Shown: positions 26,602 through 38,724 of the stretch, one piece after another | Layout of the letters: every line of letters begins with the position of its first letter | Position numbering within the stretch: position 1 is the stretch's first letter | DNA from: Chiloscyllium plagiosum | Lineage: Eukaryota | Reading direction: 5' to 3' | Assembly: GCF_004010195.1 (NCBI RefSeq) | Contig: NC_057718.1 | Coordinates: 97,699,300 to 97,763,299 of the forward strand | Length of the DNA stretch: 64,000 nucleotides | Program-made: the position numbers and the translations under genes | Notes under the pieces: model-generated | Told to the model about the DNA's origin: nothing | The model's input: the letters and a program-made list of their open reading frames with translations, nothing else | Databases searched by the model: none

Positions 26602-28399
26602 GTAAGTACAGACTAAGACAAAGAATCATTATGCACACAATTCAATCATTTTTTTTATTTGAAAAGAAATTATTGGTTCAACAGATTGTCTTCTAAATTA
26701 TTATGCCTGATCTCTGTAGCACTCGAGAGAATAACATGGTGTTGCGATACTGTATCCCAAATTTGTTTGTATGATCCAACGTGAAAAATTAATGATTTGT
26801 CTTTGCCAGTACCAATAGCCTGAAGGGGACATTTCAGAAAACAGGAAGCCCAGTAGAGTCTGCTTAGCAACAGAAAATAGTAATAATTCAGGGTTGGCTA
26901 AGTTGCAGTGTTGCAAAGGGGCGTGATCTAGTTGAGCCACCAATGAGAGTGATTGAGTTGCCTTAGTAACTCGCTTGTCCCCTGATATTGTTAGGGCTAG
27001 TTCAATTACAGGCTGCGGTTGCTTGTTTTACTAGAAGCTTGTTTCAATATATCAGTTTAAGAGTACACATTATAGCTGGGTCTCAGATAGGAAGCTGAAT
27101 CACACTGTCAATGCATGCAAGTTGGGGGACGTTTGCGAGTGTTAGAATTGTGGAAGGGGAGGCTTTGGTGTAGAAATCATTTATTCAGGAACTGGAGGCA
27201 AAGCTTTATTTTCTTAATGAACGTGTTATAAATTAGTTAATGATTAGCTGGGGACTTAACACTGCGCAATTCTGAAATTGAAGTTGTGCAATAATTTGGA
27301 ACAGGTATGTCTTCAGTGTGAGACATTCTCTTTGTTTTGAGATTCAGGTTTACCAATAGAATGCTTTTTGTTGCCTTTACACCAGCTGAAGGTTTTTATT
27401 CACAGGCAGTATATTTTGCTGGAATCTAATGCTGCATGCCCATTGATTTACAGTCCTGTGGTAAAGAGTGCACTCTATTGTAATATGAAGGATATGTGTA
27501 TGTATTCCAGGCTTTTAATGGTCATTTTTTCCCTTCAAGTCTTTCTATAGCCGGTACAAAGCCCTAATGGGACATTTAGGCGTTATTATTCTCTTGGCTT
27601 TTAAAATAATAGTTTTGCCTGTGGCTGACACAACCTGGAACATATTCAGGAAGGTACAATTGTTCATGCCAACAAATAGTATTGTGCAGAAATGCTACTG
27701 TTGTGGTCAAGGGAGGTGGTGGTATGAATAATAAACAGGAGCAATATAGGTTGAAAGGTATTACTTTACGCAAAGGATCACCAGAGAGGGATTTAAGGTG
27801 CAGAGGGTTAGATAGATTCCTGAAACCAGCCATACAGTATTCAACAGCAATGCAGAGAACAAGTAAAATAATGGAACTGTCTGGCTAAAGTAGTAGTGTG
27901 TTAATCTGCAGAAGTGAGATCATTTGTACAGAGCACTGTTATGATTCCACATGTATAATTACAACCATCATATTAGGAGAAAGTCATATTGAGAAAAAGG
28001 TAAAAAGTAACAGAGTTGATACCCTCAGTGAGGCATTCAAGCTCTGATGGGAGAATAAGCTGAGAATGTTTGTATTGGATAATCGGATTGAAATAAATTG
28101 TAAAGAGTGTAAACTGTGGCACTGAAATTCCATGGAGTTTGTAATAGTCTCCTGGCACAACTATAACAGAATTCTGTTGGGTTTTTAAATCTGAAGTTAT
28201 AATGGGAGCCCTCAGGAACATTGAGCTGAATATGTTCAGTATTCTCATGAATTTGACTACAGAGTGCATTATGTCCTAGTTAGATTTAGGTTCAATGTCA
28301 CGTGTATTCAAGTTGTGGGTACAACAATACAGTGAAAAGTGTATAATGTCACCACACACAGTGCCATCTTAGATACAGAAATAGAGAAATAAAGAAATA

Positions 28400-29210
28400 A
28401 GCTTTGGAGAGGGTCCAGAAAATGTTTACTGGGATGTTGCCTGGTATGGGGGACTTTAGCTTGGGAGAAACTGGGTTTGTTTTCACTGGAACGCAGGAGG
28501 TTGAGGGGGCGACCTGGTAGAAGTTTATAAGATTGTGAATGGCATGGATAGAATGGAAAGTATGAGGCTTTTTCCCAGGGTGGAGGGGTCAATTTCGAGG
28601 GGACACAGGTTCAAGATGCAGAGGGTGTGGGGAAGTTTAAAAGAGATGCGCGAGACAAGTTTTTCACACAAAGAGTGGTGAGTGCCCAGAATGTGCTGCC
28701 AGAGAGTTGTGGAAGCAGACACTATACAGCATTCAGGTAGCACCAGGACAAATACATGAGTATGAAGGGAGTAAAGGGACATGGATCCTGTAAATGAAGA
28801 CAGTTCACAGGCTTGGAGGGCCGAAATCCTGTGCTGTATTGTTCTCTGTTCCAGCAATACATGGCTTAGAAAGGGTGGACGCTGGGAAGTTGTTTCTGTT
28901 AGGCAGGGATACTAGGACCCGTGGGCACAGCCTTAAAATTAGAGGGGGTTAATTTAGAACCGAAATGAGGAAACATTTCTTCATCCAGAAATTGGTGGAC
29001 CTTGGAATTCATTGCCAGGGAGCACAGTGGAGGCCGGGTTAAATATCTTCAAGGCAGAGACTGATAATTCCTTGCAAGATCAAGAATTTAAGGGCTACGG
29101 GGAGAGTGCGGGTAAGTGGCGTTGAAATGCCCTTCAGCCATGATTGAATGGCAGAGTGGACTCGATGGGCCGAATGGCCTTACTTCCACTCCTATGTCTT
29201 ATGGTCTTAT
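28400..29210 (+). mobile_element. Two adjacent CR1 3' fragments (~28400-28852, ~28856-29210)
   Basis: ttggagagggtccagaaaatgtttactggg... The second ends cctatgtcttatggtctt. Confidence 0.85.
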
Positions 29211-29873
29211 AATACGGTTTACTTGGTATAAAAATGGAAAAATAAAGGAATAAAGTTGAGAGGTTTTAGATGGGAGGATCCAAATATATTGATGAGACAC
29301 AGAGAGCAGTGGGAAGACAGTGCTTTGTGACTATTTCAACAGGTGCCCAAAAGAGCTGATTAATTGCTGATGAATAATTTGACATCAGGTTATTGGCACT
29401 GTGGAATAGAATGCTGGAACCTGCTGGAGTCTAACCCATCCAGCTCCAAGGGAGGCTGCAGGTGTCTTTCCGAGTCCTAGGCCCAAAATTTTGCACAATG
29501 GGACAAATGGCTTCCTTTGGTACTGTAACTCTTCTGTGATCTTGTGATTGACAGTGGAAGTGTAGTCGGGTGTCTGAAACACAGTTTTAAGCTCATAAAA
29601 AAGGAGCTGGAGTCGGCCATTCAAACCATCAAGCCCCACCACTCAGTAGGATCATGATTGAATGGATGGTGACCTTAATCCACTTTCCAAACCCCTCCCA
29701 CCAACAACTTGGCCTTGACTTTCTTGTGAATCAAAACACGTTTAACTCAGTGTTGAATATGTTTATGACGCAGACTCCAGTGCAGAGTGTGGAAGAGAAT
29801 TCCCCAGGCTAGTGACCGTCAGGCAAAGGAAATGCTCCTCACCTCCTCCTCAAATGGAGACCCTTTATCTTTT

Positions 29874-30089
29874 CAGCAAAAGTCGATATTGCAGATTCTG
29901 GAGATTAGAGTCAAGATTAGAGTAGTGCTGGAAAAGCACAGCAGGTCAGGCAGCATCTGAGGAGCAGGAAAATTGACGTTTCAGGCAAAAGCCCTTCATT
30001 AGGAATGGACCTGATGCCCGAAACGTCGATTGTCCTGCTCCTCGGATGCTGCCTGACCTGCTGTGCTTTTCCAGCACTACTCTAATCTT
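29874..30089. mobile_element. Penelope-like hairpin element, family A
   Basis: Inverted arms. 15-bp duplication gaccctttatctttt at 29859-29873 and 30090-30104. Confidence 0.85.
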
Positions 30090-30484
30090 GACCCTTTATC
30101 TTTTGCCCACCTAATTCTAGATTCCCCCATGAGAGGAAACAGGATCTACACTGCCGAGCCCCCTCAGAATCAATTATGTTTAGCCAAGCCTCCTGGGAGA
30201 ACAGGGTAGCAAAATTACAAAGTAAAGAACTTTTGAAATTCATACTGTTGAATTTCCAGTGAAAGACTTAATGTATGCCCTCAGGTAACAACTATAAATG
30301 TGGAAAATAAAACTGTAACTCAGTAGACTGGAAGAAACAATCGAGTTTATTCAGTACAGTGACACACCCACTTCTGAATAGTCTCCATTCAAAAGACCGA
30401 AAGCATTAGTAGATTTACAATTGTCTATTAGGAGTCCAAACAACGCCTGTTGATCCACATTGATGCAGGCTTTTAATAAAAAAG

Positions 30485-30722
30485 GCTCTCTTGTGGTGCA
30501 GTGGTCGTGTCCCTCCCCCAGACTGAGAGACTCAGGTTCAAGTCCCACCTGCTCCAGAGGTGTGTAATAACATCTCTGAACAGGTTGACTAGAAAATGTG
30601 AAAGCAAGTGGGCTTTTTGTGGTGAAATGGTAGTATCCCTATCTCTGGGCCAGGAGGCCTGGGTTCAAGTGCCACCTGCTCCTGAGACGTGTAGTAACAT
30701 CTCTGAACAGGTCGGTTCAGAA
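30485..30722 (+). mobile_element. Tandem pair of short tRNA-derived SINE units
   Basis: tgtggtgcagtggt (A box)...ggttcaagtccc (B box)...aacatctctgaacagg, present twice. Confidence 0.7.
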
Positions 30723-31037
30723 GAGTAGGTTAACTATAAAGAAATAAATAGCACTGACGTGTGATAAATATTTTTCTGACTGTATTTTTTGTTTTCTCCT
30801 GAATTTAGAATTGGTCAGGTGGTTGAGAGTGAAAGGATCTGTCTCCTCCGGAATAATGGTTTGATTGAGGGAGTGTAAAAGTGACAAATGGAATTCAGTC
30901 TGGGTGTGTGTGTGAGAATGCATTTGGTGAGGGCAAGGCAATTCAAGGGAGTACCCAACAAATGGGAAATTATTCAGAGAGGCAATGGAAGTGAGAGACC
31001 TTGAAGTGAATGTCTACATGTCCTTAAAGGTGAATCC

Positions 31038-31166
31038 CTTCCTGATGAAGGTTTTATGCCCGAAACATCAATTCTCCTGCTCCTCAGATGCTGCCTGACC
31101 TGCTGTGCTTTTCCAGCACCACAGTCTCGACTCTGAGCTCCAGCATCTGCAGTCCTCATTTTCGCC
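31038..31166 (+). mobile_element. Penelope-like element end (solo, with tail)
   Basis: ttcctgatgaaggttttatgcccgaaacatc...ccagcatctgcagtcctcattttcgcc. Confidence 0.75.
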
Positions 31167-31537
31167 ATTCTGGATTATTAGTCACTGATCATTTCACCAT
31201 CAGAGAGCCTTTGGAATTCCCCTCCTTAAAAAGCAATAGATGCAGAATCTTTGAATGTTTTTTTTCCAGGGCACAGGTGGATAGATTCTCGGGGATATGC
31301 TGGAATGTAGAATTGAGGTTAAAATTGGACCAACTATGATCAGGCTTGAAGGGCCGAATGGCCTACTCATATTCTTTGTTTGTATGATCTTAAGCTCATG
31401 TAAAAAAGATTCCTTCAAGTTGCATGATGATTTTATGAACGATTTAGGCATGATTTGCCTTTCATGAATTCATTTTACCATAGAGAAATTTCCTTTATGC
31501 TTATTAAATGCTTTTGAATGGCTCCCTTCTTAACCGG

Positions 31538-31840
31538 TTAAAAACAATGACTGCAGATGCTGGAAACCAGATTCTGGATTAGTGGTGCTGGAAGAGCACA
31601 GCAGTTCAGGCAGCATCCGAGGAGCAGTAGAATCGACGTTTTGAGCAAAAGCCCTTCGTCAGGAATAAAGGCAGAGAGCCTGAAGGGTGGAGAGATAAGT
31701 GAGAGGAGGGTGCTTATCTCTCCACCCTTCAGGCTCTCTGCCTTTATTCCTGATGAAGGGCTTTTGCTCGAAACGTCGATTCTACTGCTCCTCGGATGCT
31801 GCCTGAACTGCTGTGCTCTTCCAGCACCACTAATCCAGAA
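31538..31840. mobile_element. Penelope-like hairpin element, family A
   Basis: 130-bp arms at 31570-31699 and 31713-31842 with 2 mismatches. Duplication tcccttcttaac(c/t)gg at 31523-31537 and 31841-31855. Confidence 0.88.
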
Positions 31841-33753
31841 TCCCTTCTTAACTGGCCAGTCTTTCTTCATTTGAGGTGTCTCATTGTTCTCATTGTTCCC
31901 ATTGTTCTCAGGATCTTGTTTCTGACCTCTTAATTAAAAGCAGAAAAGTTCTGCAGCTAGAAAAAGACATTCAAAAACGATGAACTTTTTGCTTATAGCT
32001 CTGCAATGTCAGGAGTTTTATTGCATTTCATTCATCTATGACAGACCAATCTTGCTTTTAGGTAGCTCTGATTTATTCCTTCCTGAGATGCAGGTGTCAA
32101 TGGCATTTATTCTCCACCCTAATTTCCTTGGAACAGGTAGTGGTGAGCGGTCTAATAGAAATCTTCCAGTTCATCTGAGGCAGCTATATACCCATAATGC
32201 TGTTGGGTTTCCGGGATTTTGATGCAGCAGTGATGACAGAATGGAAACACATCTCCAAGTCAGGATGGTGTGTGACTGTGTGTGTTGGTGGGGAGGGATG
32301 GGGGAGCTTGCAGACCAGACAGGAAGTGGAATAGTCAAGTCTCCGAGTTGAAAAAGGCAAGGTTTCTGGAGCAAGTGAGTTGGGATGGGTGGAGACAGCC
32401 ACATTATAGAGGTGGCAGTAGGGGGGGTCTCGGTAATGGAGGAGGGAAGGGGTCAGAAGCACAATTTATTAATTCTTTGAGGATCTTCGAGCCAAATAAT
32501 TGATGTCCTCCTATGCCTGCTGCCCTTGTCCTTCAACACGGTGGAGGTCGTAGCTTTAGAGATTGCTGTCGAATTATCACCAGGGTCTGAGCTTTCTTCT
32601 CAATATGTACTGCTGAGTTACTGCTGGCAGTACATCCTTGTTTTGTTAATTTGGTCTCGCTGTCCCCCCCCCCACAGAGTTTTCTTCAGTTGCAGAAGAC
32701 CTGTATCTTGACCTAAAGTTAAATCTTTGGATGGTTTTTGTAAACACGCTGACTGCAGCCTGACCCGAAGAAAGGGACAATGATGCTCCATGTTCAGTAC
32801 CTGGGCTTCCCTCACCCCAGCTGGGAAACTGCTCTCCTTCCAGAGAGAAACTGTTCCAGCAGAATCACTTCCCATTGCCACAACTTCACTTCTGGAGTTC
32901 CCCACTCCTGTTCATCATGTAATTGGCAATGTTTTCTGCTGAATTTCTCTGCTTTTAATTAAGACGTCAGAATCCAGACCCTGAAAACCATGTGCCTATC
33001 AATTAGGCATCACAAGTAAGGAAATTTGCGGCTGATTATTAAGGGAGCAGTTCAGAAGCATTTGATCAATGTAAATGGAACATTTCCATAGTAACACAGA
33101 TTCTTAAAGTCATCAAGATCCACTTAGTTCAACCTCCATCCCTATCTTACTCATTCCATCAGCAACCTGTAACCTGTCCATCTGCATGTCCAATACACAA
33201 TCCCAAATAATCCAGAATTGCCTCCAGTTAAACGTTGGAAGAATTGTCGTCGACAACCTTTGGCCAAAACATCTTTCCTTATGTACTAATTCCATCCCCT
33301 TCCCTTACTATCATCTCAGGCTGAGCCAGACTGTTCTCCATTAGACTCCTGTTTGACTCGAAGCTACACTTCTGACATTTCTCGCCATGCTATCACAAAA
33401 ACAATCTACTTCCACCGTCACAGTGTAACTGTCTCTATCCATCTCAATGTGGAAACTCTGCCTTTATGACCTCCAGAGTTGATTTCACTACCCTTTGATT
33501 CTGGAACTAAACTCCGGTCAAAATTCTGTTGCCTGTTCCTTAATTTTCATCGAGTCAATACTGTTGCCCTCGCTGACAAATTGGCTCCTGGCCTGGAAAT
33601 GCCTCAAATGTTCAAAAAATCTCCCCCAAACACTCCTCCTATCACTTGTCATCTCAGTATCCACAATTCTGCAAAAAATCAGCATTCCTCCAACTATAGT
33701 GTCTTCGACACTCTCAACTTCCTTCACATCCATATTTGTTGCCATACTTTCAA

Positions 33754-34319
33754 GTTTTGGATGTAGGTTTGCTCACTGAGCTGGAAGGTTCATTTCCAGA
33801 TGTTTCGTCACCCTACTAGGTAACATCTTCAGTGGGCCTCAGGCAAAACAATGCTGAAAATTCCTGCTTTCTATTTATATGTTTGGGTTTCTTTGGGTTG
33901 GTGATGTCATGTCCTGTGGTCATGTCATTTCCAGTGGTGAAGTCACTTCCTGTTCCTTTTCTCATGGGGTGGTAGATGGGGTCTAACTCGATGTATTTGT
34001 TGATAGAGTTCAACTGGGTCCAACCAGAACTCTATCAACAAACACATCGAGTTAGACCCCATCTACCACCGCCTGAGAAAAAGAATAGTAAGTGACTTCA
34101 CCACAGGAAATAACATCACCACAGGAAATGGCATCACCAACCCAAAGAAACCCAAACATATAAATAGAAAGCAGGAATTTTCAGCATTGCTTCGCCTGAG
34201 GCCCACTGAAGATGTTACCTAGTAGGGTGACGAAAGTCTGGAAATTAACCTTACAACTCAGCGAGCAAACCTACATCCAGAACCTCAACCTGAGCTACAA
34301 ATCTTCTCAAAACTCACTA
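33754..34319. mobile_element. Penelope-like hairpin element, family C, with ORF C-terminal remnant
   Basis: ~255-bp inverted arms. The arm encodes NSINKHIELDPIY, resembling the end of a Penelope GIY-YIG ORF. Hammerhead-like ctgaagatgttacctagtagggtgacgaaa. Duplication atac(t/c)ttcaa at 33744-33753 and 34320-34329. Confidence 0.8.
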
Positions 34320-34417
34320 ATACCTTCAACTATCTAGACCATAAGCTCTGGACCTCATCCATAATGTTAACTCGACTAATACCTGAAATGTGCATGTTGT
34401 CTAAGGAAGATTCTTTT

Positions 34418-34570
34418 TTAGACTAGATTACTTACAGTGTGGAAACAGGCCCTTCAGCCCAACAAGTCTACACTGACCCTCCGAAAAGCTACCCACCCAG
34501 ACCCATTCCCCTACATTTACCCCTTCACCTAACACTACGGGCAATTTAGCATGACCAATTCACCTAACCT
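34418..34570 (-). mobile_element. V-SINE 3' half
   Basis: tagattacttacagtgtggaaacaggccc tail. Confidence 0.8.
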
Positions 34571-36967
34571 GGTTTGGTTAGGCTGGGCTTATATCTGCTG
34601 CAGTTGGGAAGAATAAGTGGGGGCAAGTTGTTTGAAACATAGAAAATCCTGGACAGATCTTTCCAAGCTAAATGTGGAAAGAATATTTCCACTTGCAGGA
34701 AGATCCAGAATGAGGTTTGACTGTTTGAAACCAAGACGTCGCCCACTTAAGGCAGAGATGAGGAGAATTTTCTCACAGAGCCTCATGAGTGTTTGGAACT
34801 CTCTTCCTGTAAGGTCTACGGAAGCAGAATTTGTTTATATTGTTAATGCAGGGGTAGATGCATTCTCGATAAGCAAGGAGGTGAAAGGAGGCAGGAATGT
34901 GTTATAATCAGAGCAGCCACTATCTTACTGAGTGACAGAACAAGCTGGAGGGGCCAAGTGGCCTACTCCTGCTCCGAGTTCTCTCATTCCTCTGCTCCTT
35001 GCAAAATGGACTTTGCGGCCTAATTCTTCGACCCATAGGTTTTGTTCATTTGTCCTGTTGTCGCTTTCTCTGGCAGGGTGCCTACGTTTGCCACTGATTG
35101 CCATTTTAAAGAAGGTAATTAATGTCCTTCATCCTGAACTGTCATTTATTTCATCGGCTCCAGCAGTTCTAATTCACATTACTGACTGCTTCTTCAAAGT
35201 ATGCCAGACAACTAGTTTAACTCAACATGTTAGCTAATTATTAACTGCCTGTTGACAGTGTGATTAGCTAACAAATCAACTTGTTTTAAGTGTGTCCTTA
35301 AATACTTTGAAAACAATAATAAGTTGCGCAGCGAGCAGGTAATCAGCAGCTGGTACAAATTCGCCACAGTTTAGTTTAGCATTCCTTCCAGAACTTCTAG
35401 GCCAGTAGAAGATAAAGATAAATCAGTCTCTTAGATAAGCAGTACAAAAAATGGTATTTAAATATCCATCATCAATTATTTCAAAATGAACAGTTATCCC
35501 AACAAATTGTATTGCATTCCGCAATCTTGCGTTTGTTTTATTTGTGCTTGAAATATGGGCATCACTGGCTGGGACAGCATTATTACCCATCTCTCATTCC
35601 CCTTGAGCACCTCTACAGTCCGTGATTGAATGTTAAAGCAATGTCATGGTGCATGAATTACATGCAGCCTGATAAGTCTTGCAATGTTTCTGGGCAGCCA
35701 TACAGAGAACCCATAAAATATATTGCGGTGCTTAAAACAACTTGTTATGGTCCAAAGGCCAACATTAAACCCCGTTAAAATGGCCAGCCAATGTTTCTCA
35801 CTCAGTTCACTCTCTGCAGCTGAATCTGAGGGTAATGAAGCCGATTTTGCAGTACTGCACTCCCAGAAGGGAGATTCACCCAGTGAAAGGGCATATCGTA
35901 AAATTACAGCAATCCTGCCTTCAATTGTGTCGCCCATTGAACAGGAAATGATGGGGAGCTCACCCCCAGTGTAGTCCCAGAGGCTCGCGATTCCCATTTG
36001 TGAAGTGAGATCCCCGATGTGATTTTTGAAAGGATAAACATTACACATCCGGTTGTACACTTTCAATTAATGCAAGATTAAAAATAAGGTGTGCTTTCCA
36101 GTTATTTACTAAAGACCTGTCATTCTCAGCTCAACGCTGTCTACCTCTTTCCAGTGACGAGAGCCATGCTGCTGTACTGTGCTAAGAGCAGATGGGTCAG
36201 ACATCCAGACTCAGCACACCGGCTATGCAGCAAAATTAAAATATTAATCAAAAGCTCCGTGCGCTTTACAGGGAACTAAGCAAGCAGATTGTTAGCTTTG
36301 TAAGTAGGTCGCACATTGTGTTGAGCAATCTTGCTTTGTCCTTAGCCATCTGTATCATGAATCAATGTCAGACGGATGAAAATATATCCAAGAAGGTGAC
36401 CTTGAGAAGTTTGCTGGTCCAGTGAGCTTAGACCACAAGAGCTTTATCTGCTTCTGCAGGTATATTTTAAAGAGAATTCTGGGAACAAGGTATTAGTCAG
36501 GTATTGTATGATTAAATCCACTCCGTTCCTGATTTACTTAAGGCAGCAGCAGTACACTCAGAGATCCAATGTCATAAATTATATCTTAGCATACCCTGCC
36601 AAGGCAATTATGTCACCTGTGCCACCTTAAATTAGTCAGCAAGAAAAGGAAACTTGCATTGAGAAAAGATCACATCTCACAAAGCTGCATTAAAGAATTT
36701 TGTCTATGTTAATTTTGATTGCACTTGCAGAAGTCACCAAAATCCACATCGTAAGACAACATAGTGCAGCTTATAATTATAAGTGTTTCACTTATTCTTT
36801 TTGTGAATAACAATGGGTCTTTGTAAAACACAGCTTGTTACAGATGAGAAGGCAGTAGTTTTAATACTTGATCTGTGGAGCTGTGAAGACAGTATTAGAG
36901 GTCAGCAGGAGGCTAAGAATCCTAAGAATATACTGCCAGGGGATTTATATGTATAAAACAAAAACAT

Positions 36968-36998
36968 TATATATACACACACACACACATGCGCACAG

Positions 36999-37037
<39 letters not shown>

Positions 37038-37106
37038 TATATATATTACATACACATATATATGTACACATATATACGTCTGTATGCATATACACGTGCA
37101 CACATA
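36968..37106. repeat. Compound (TA)n/(CA)n microsatellite
   Basis: Direct reading. Confidence 0.9.
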
Positions 37107-37334
37107 GATGTTATGCAAGAGCGGGTTATGCTATTTTCCCCGCTTACTATCATATTATCTCTGCCATTATCTGACACAGAGTAAAGTTGTTTGCTAGTTC
37201 ACTGCCACCAGTCCTCCTTTATCTAGAGTATGTGTGGAACTTCTCTAATGACTGGTGGACTGTAGAATCTTTATGATTTTTTATATTGTCCTGCATTGTC
37301 ATCTGACTTGTGTATAAATCAACTTGCAAATGGT

Positions 37335-37678
37335 CTCCAGGATAGGTGGGATGGAAGCTGAACAGGTAGGTCAGGTCAAGAGAGCGGTGTCAAGTCGGAG
37401 GGTTGGATCTGGGATGAGGTGGCGGAGGGATGATTTGGAAACTGGCGAATTCAGTGTTGAGGTCATTTGGTTGTCAGCTCATGGGAGGGAAGATGAGGTG
37501 TTCCTCCTCCAGTTTGCGGGTGGCTTTGGTTTAGGCAAAGGAGGAGGACCCCAGAATGGACGTGTCATGGGGGGAGTGGTAGGGGGAATTGAAACAGATG
37601 GCGAAAGGAAGGTGGGGTTGGTTGCTGCTGTGCTTTTACCAGCGCCACACTTTATCGACTCTCAATTCTCCAGCATGT
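37335..37678. mobile_element. Diverged Penelope-like fragment with short inverted tail
   Basis: G-rich gataggtggg...ggtcaggtcaag similar to 43080-43200. Ends gctgtgcttttaccagcgccacac...ctccagcat. Confidence 0.5.
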
Positions 37679-38084
37679 CCTAGTGATGTAGAAGGCTGGA
37701 AGGGGATGCAATAAGGTAAGGTGTTAGCTACATGAACTCTACAGCCTTTCCACCACCTCTTGAAGTTAAGATCAAGCAGCAAATACCCTGGTTGACCTTC
37801 CTATCCTTTTGCCATTTTAGACCCTTAAATGACATATTAAAGACCACATTTGGGCATCTTCCTGCCTCTGCTGGAATTAACTTGCCCAGAAGCAAGAAAA
37901 GTGTGAGTTGCCTTATCAGCTGATCAAGAGCATGAACATCTAGTAGGGGCTGCCCTCCAAGAACCACCATTCCTTTGCTTCCCACCTTCACCTCCCCACC
38001 CCCTTCTACCCATAATCCTTAGAAGGTGAAGCAGAGGTCTCTTTCTGACTCTCTGCAGCACCATGGAAATTGGTGAGGGTGGAA

Positions 38085-38470
38085 GCTAAGGTTTTTTCAT
38101 TGGAGCAATGAAGGGTGAGAGGCAACTTGATAGAGATGTACAAGATGATAAGAGGCATAGATAGAGTGGATAGTCAGAGACATTTTTCCCAGGGTGGAAA
38201 TGGCTACCATGCAGAGGCATAATTTTAAGGCGATTGGAAGAAGGTTTAGGAGAGATGTCAGAGTTCGGTTCTTTACACAGAGTGTGGAATGCACTGCTGA
38301 CAATGGTAGCAAAATCAGATACATTAGGGGCATTTAAGCGACTGTTGGATAGGCACATTGATGACAGTAAAATGAAAGGTAGGTGCGTTAGTCTGATCTT
38401 AGAGTAGGACAAAAGGTCAGCACAACATCAAGGGCCGAAGGGCCTGTACTGGGCTATACTGTTCTATTTT
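38085..38470 (+). mobile_element. CR1 3' end
   Basis: ttttttcattggagcaatgaaggg...gggccgaagggcctgtactg tail. Confidence 0.8.
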
Positions 38471-38724
38471 CAACATGCTTTTCCTGGAAAATTGAGAATA
38501 ATAAGTATTATTGGTAATTCAGAAAAAAGGCTCATAAATCTGTCAATCATGCGGCAGATAGTCCATTATCTCTTGTGGGAGAAAATACACCTGACCATTT
38601 GGAACGTGCTACCAGTGCTCACTTAAAGGAACAGGCAGCATAGATGTTAGTAGCCAATTTCACTTCAACAATCTAATGGGATTCTTTCTACATGGAACTA
38701 AATTAGCCACACAGGAGGTTACTG

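Noticed and set aside
35644..36066. 140-aa and 83-aa overlapping ORFs in unique DNA
   Set aside because: No recognisable homology or convincing splice context.
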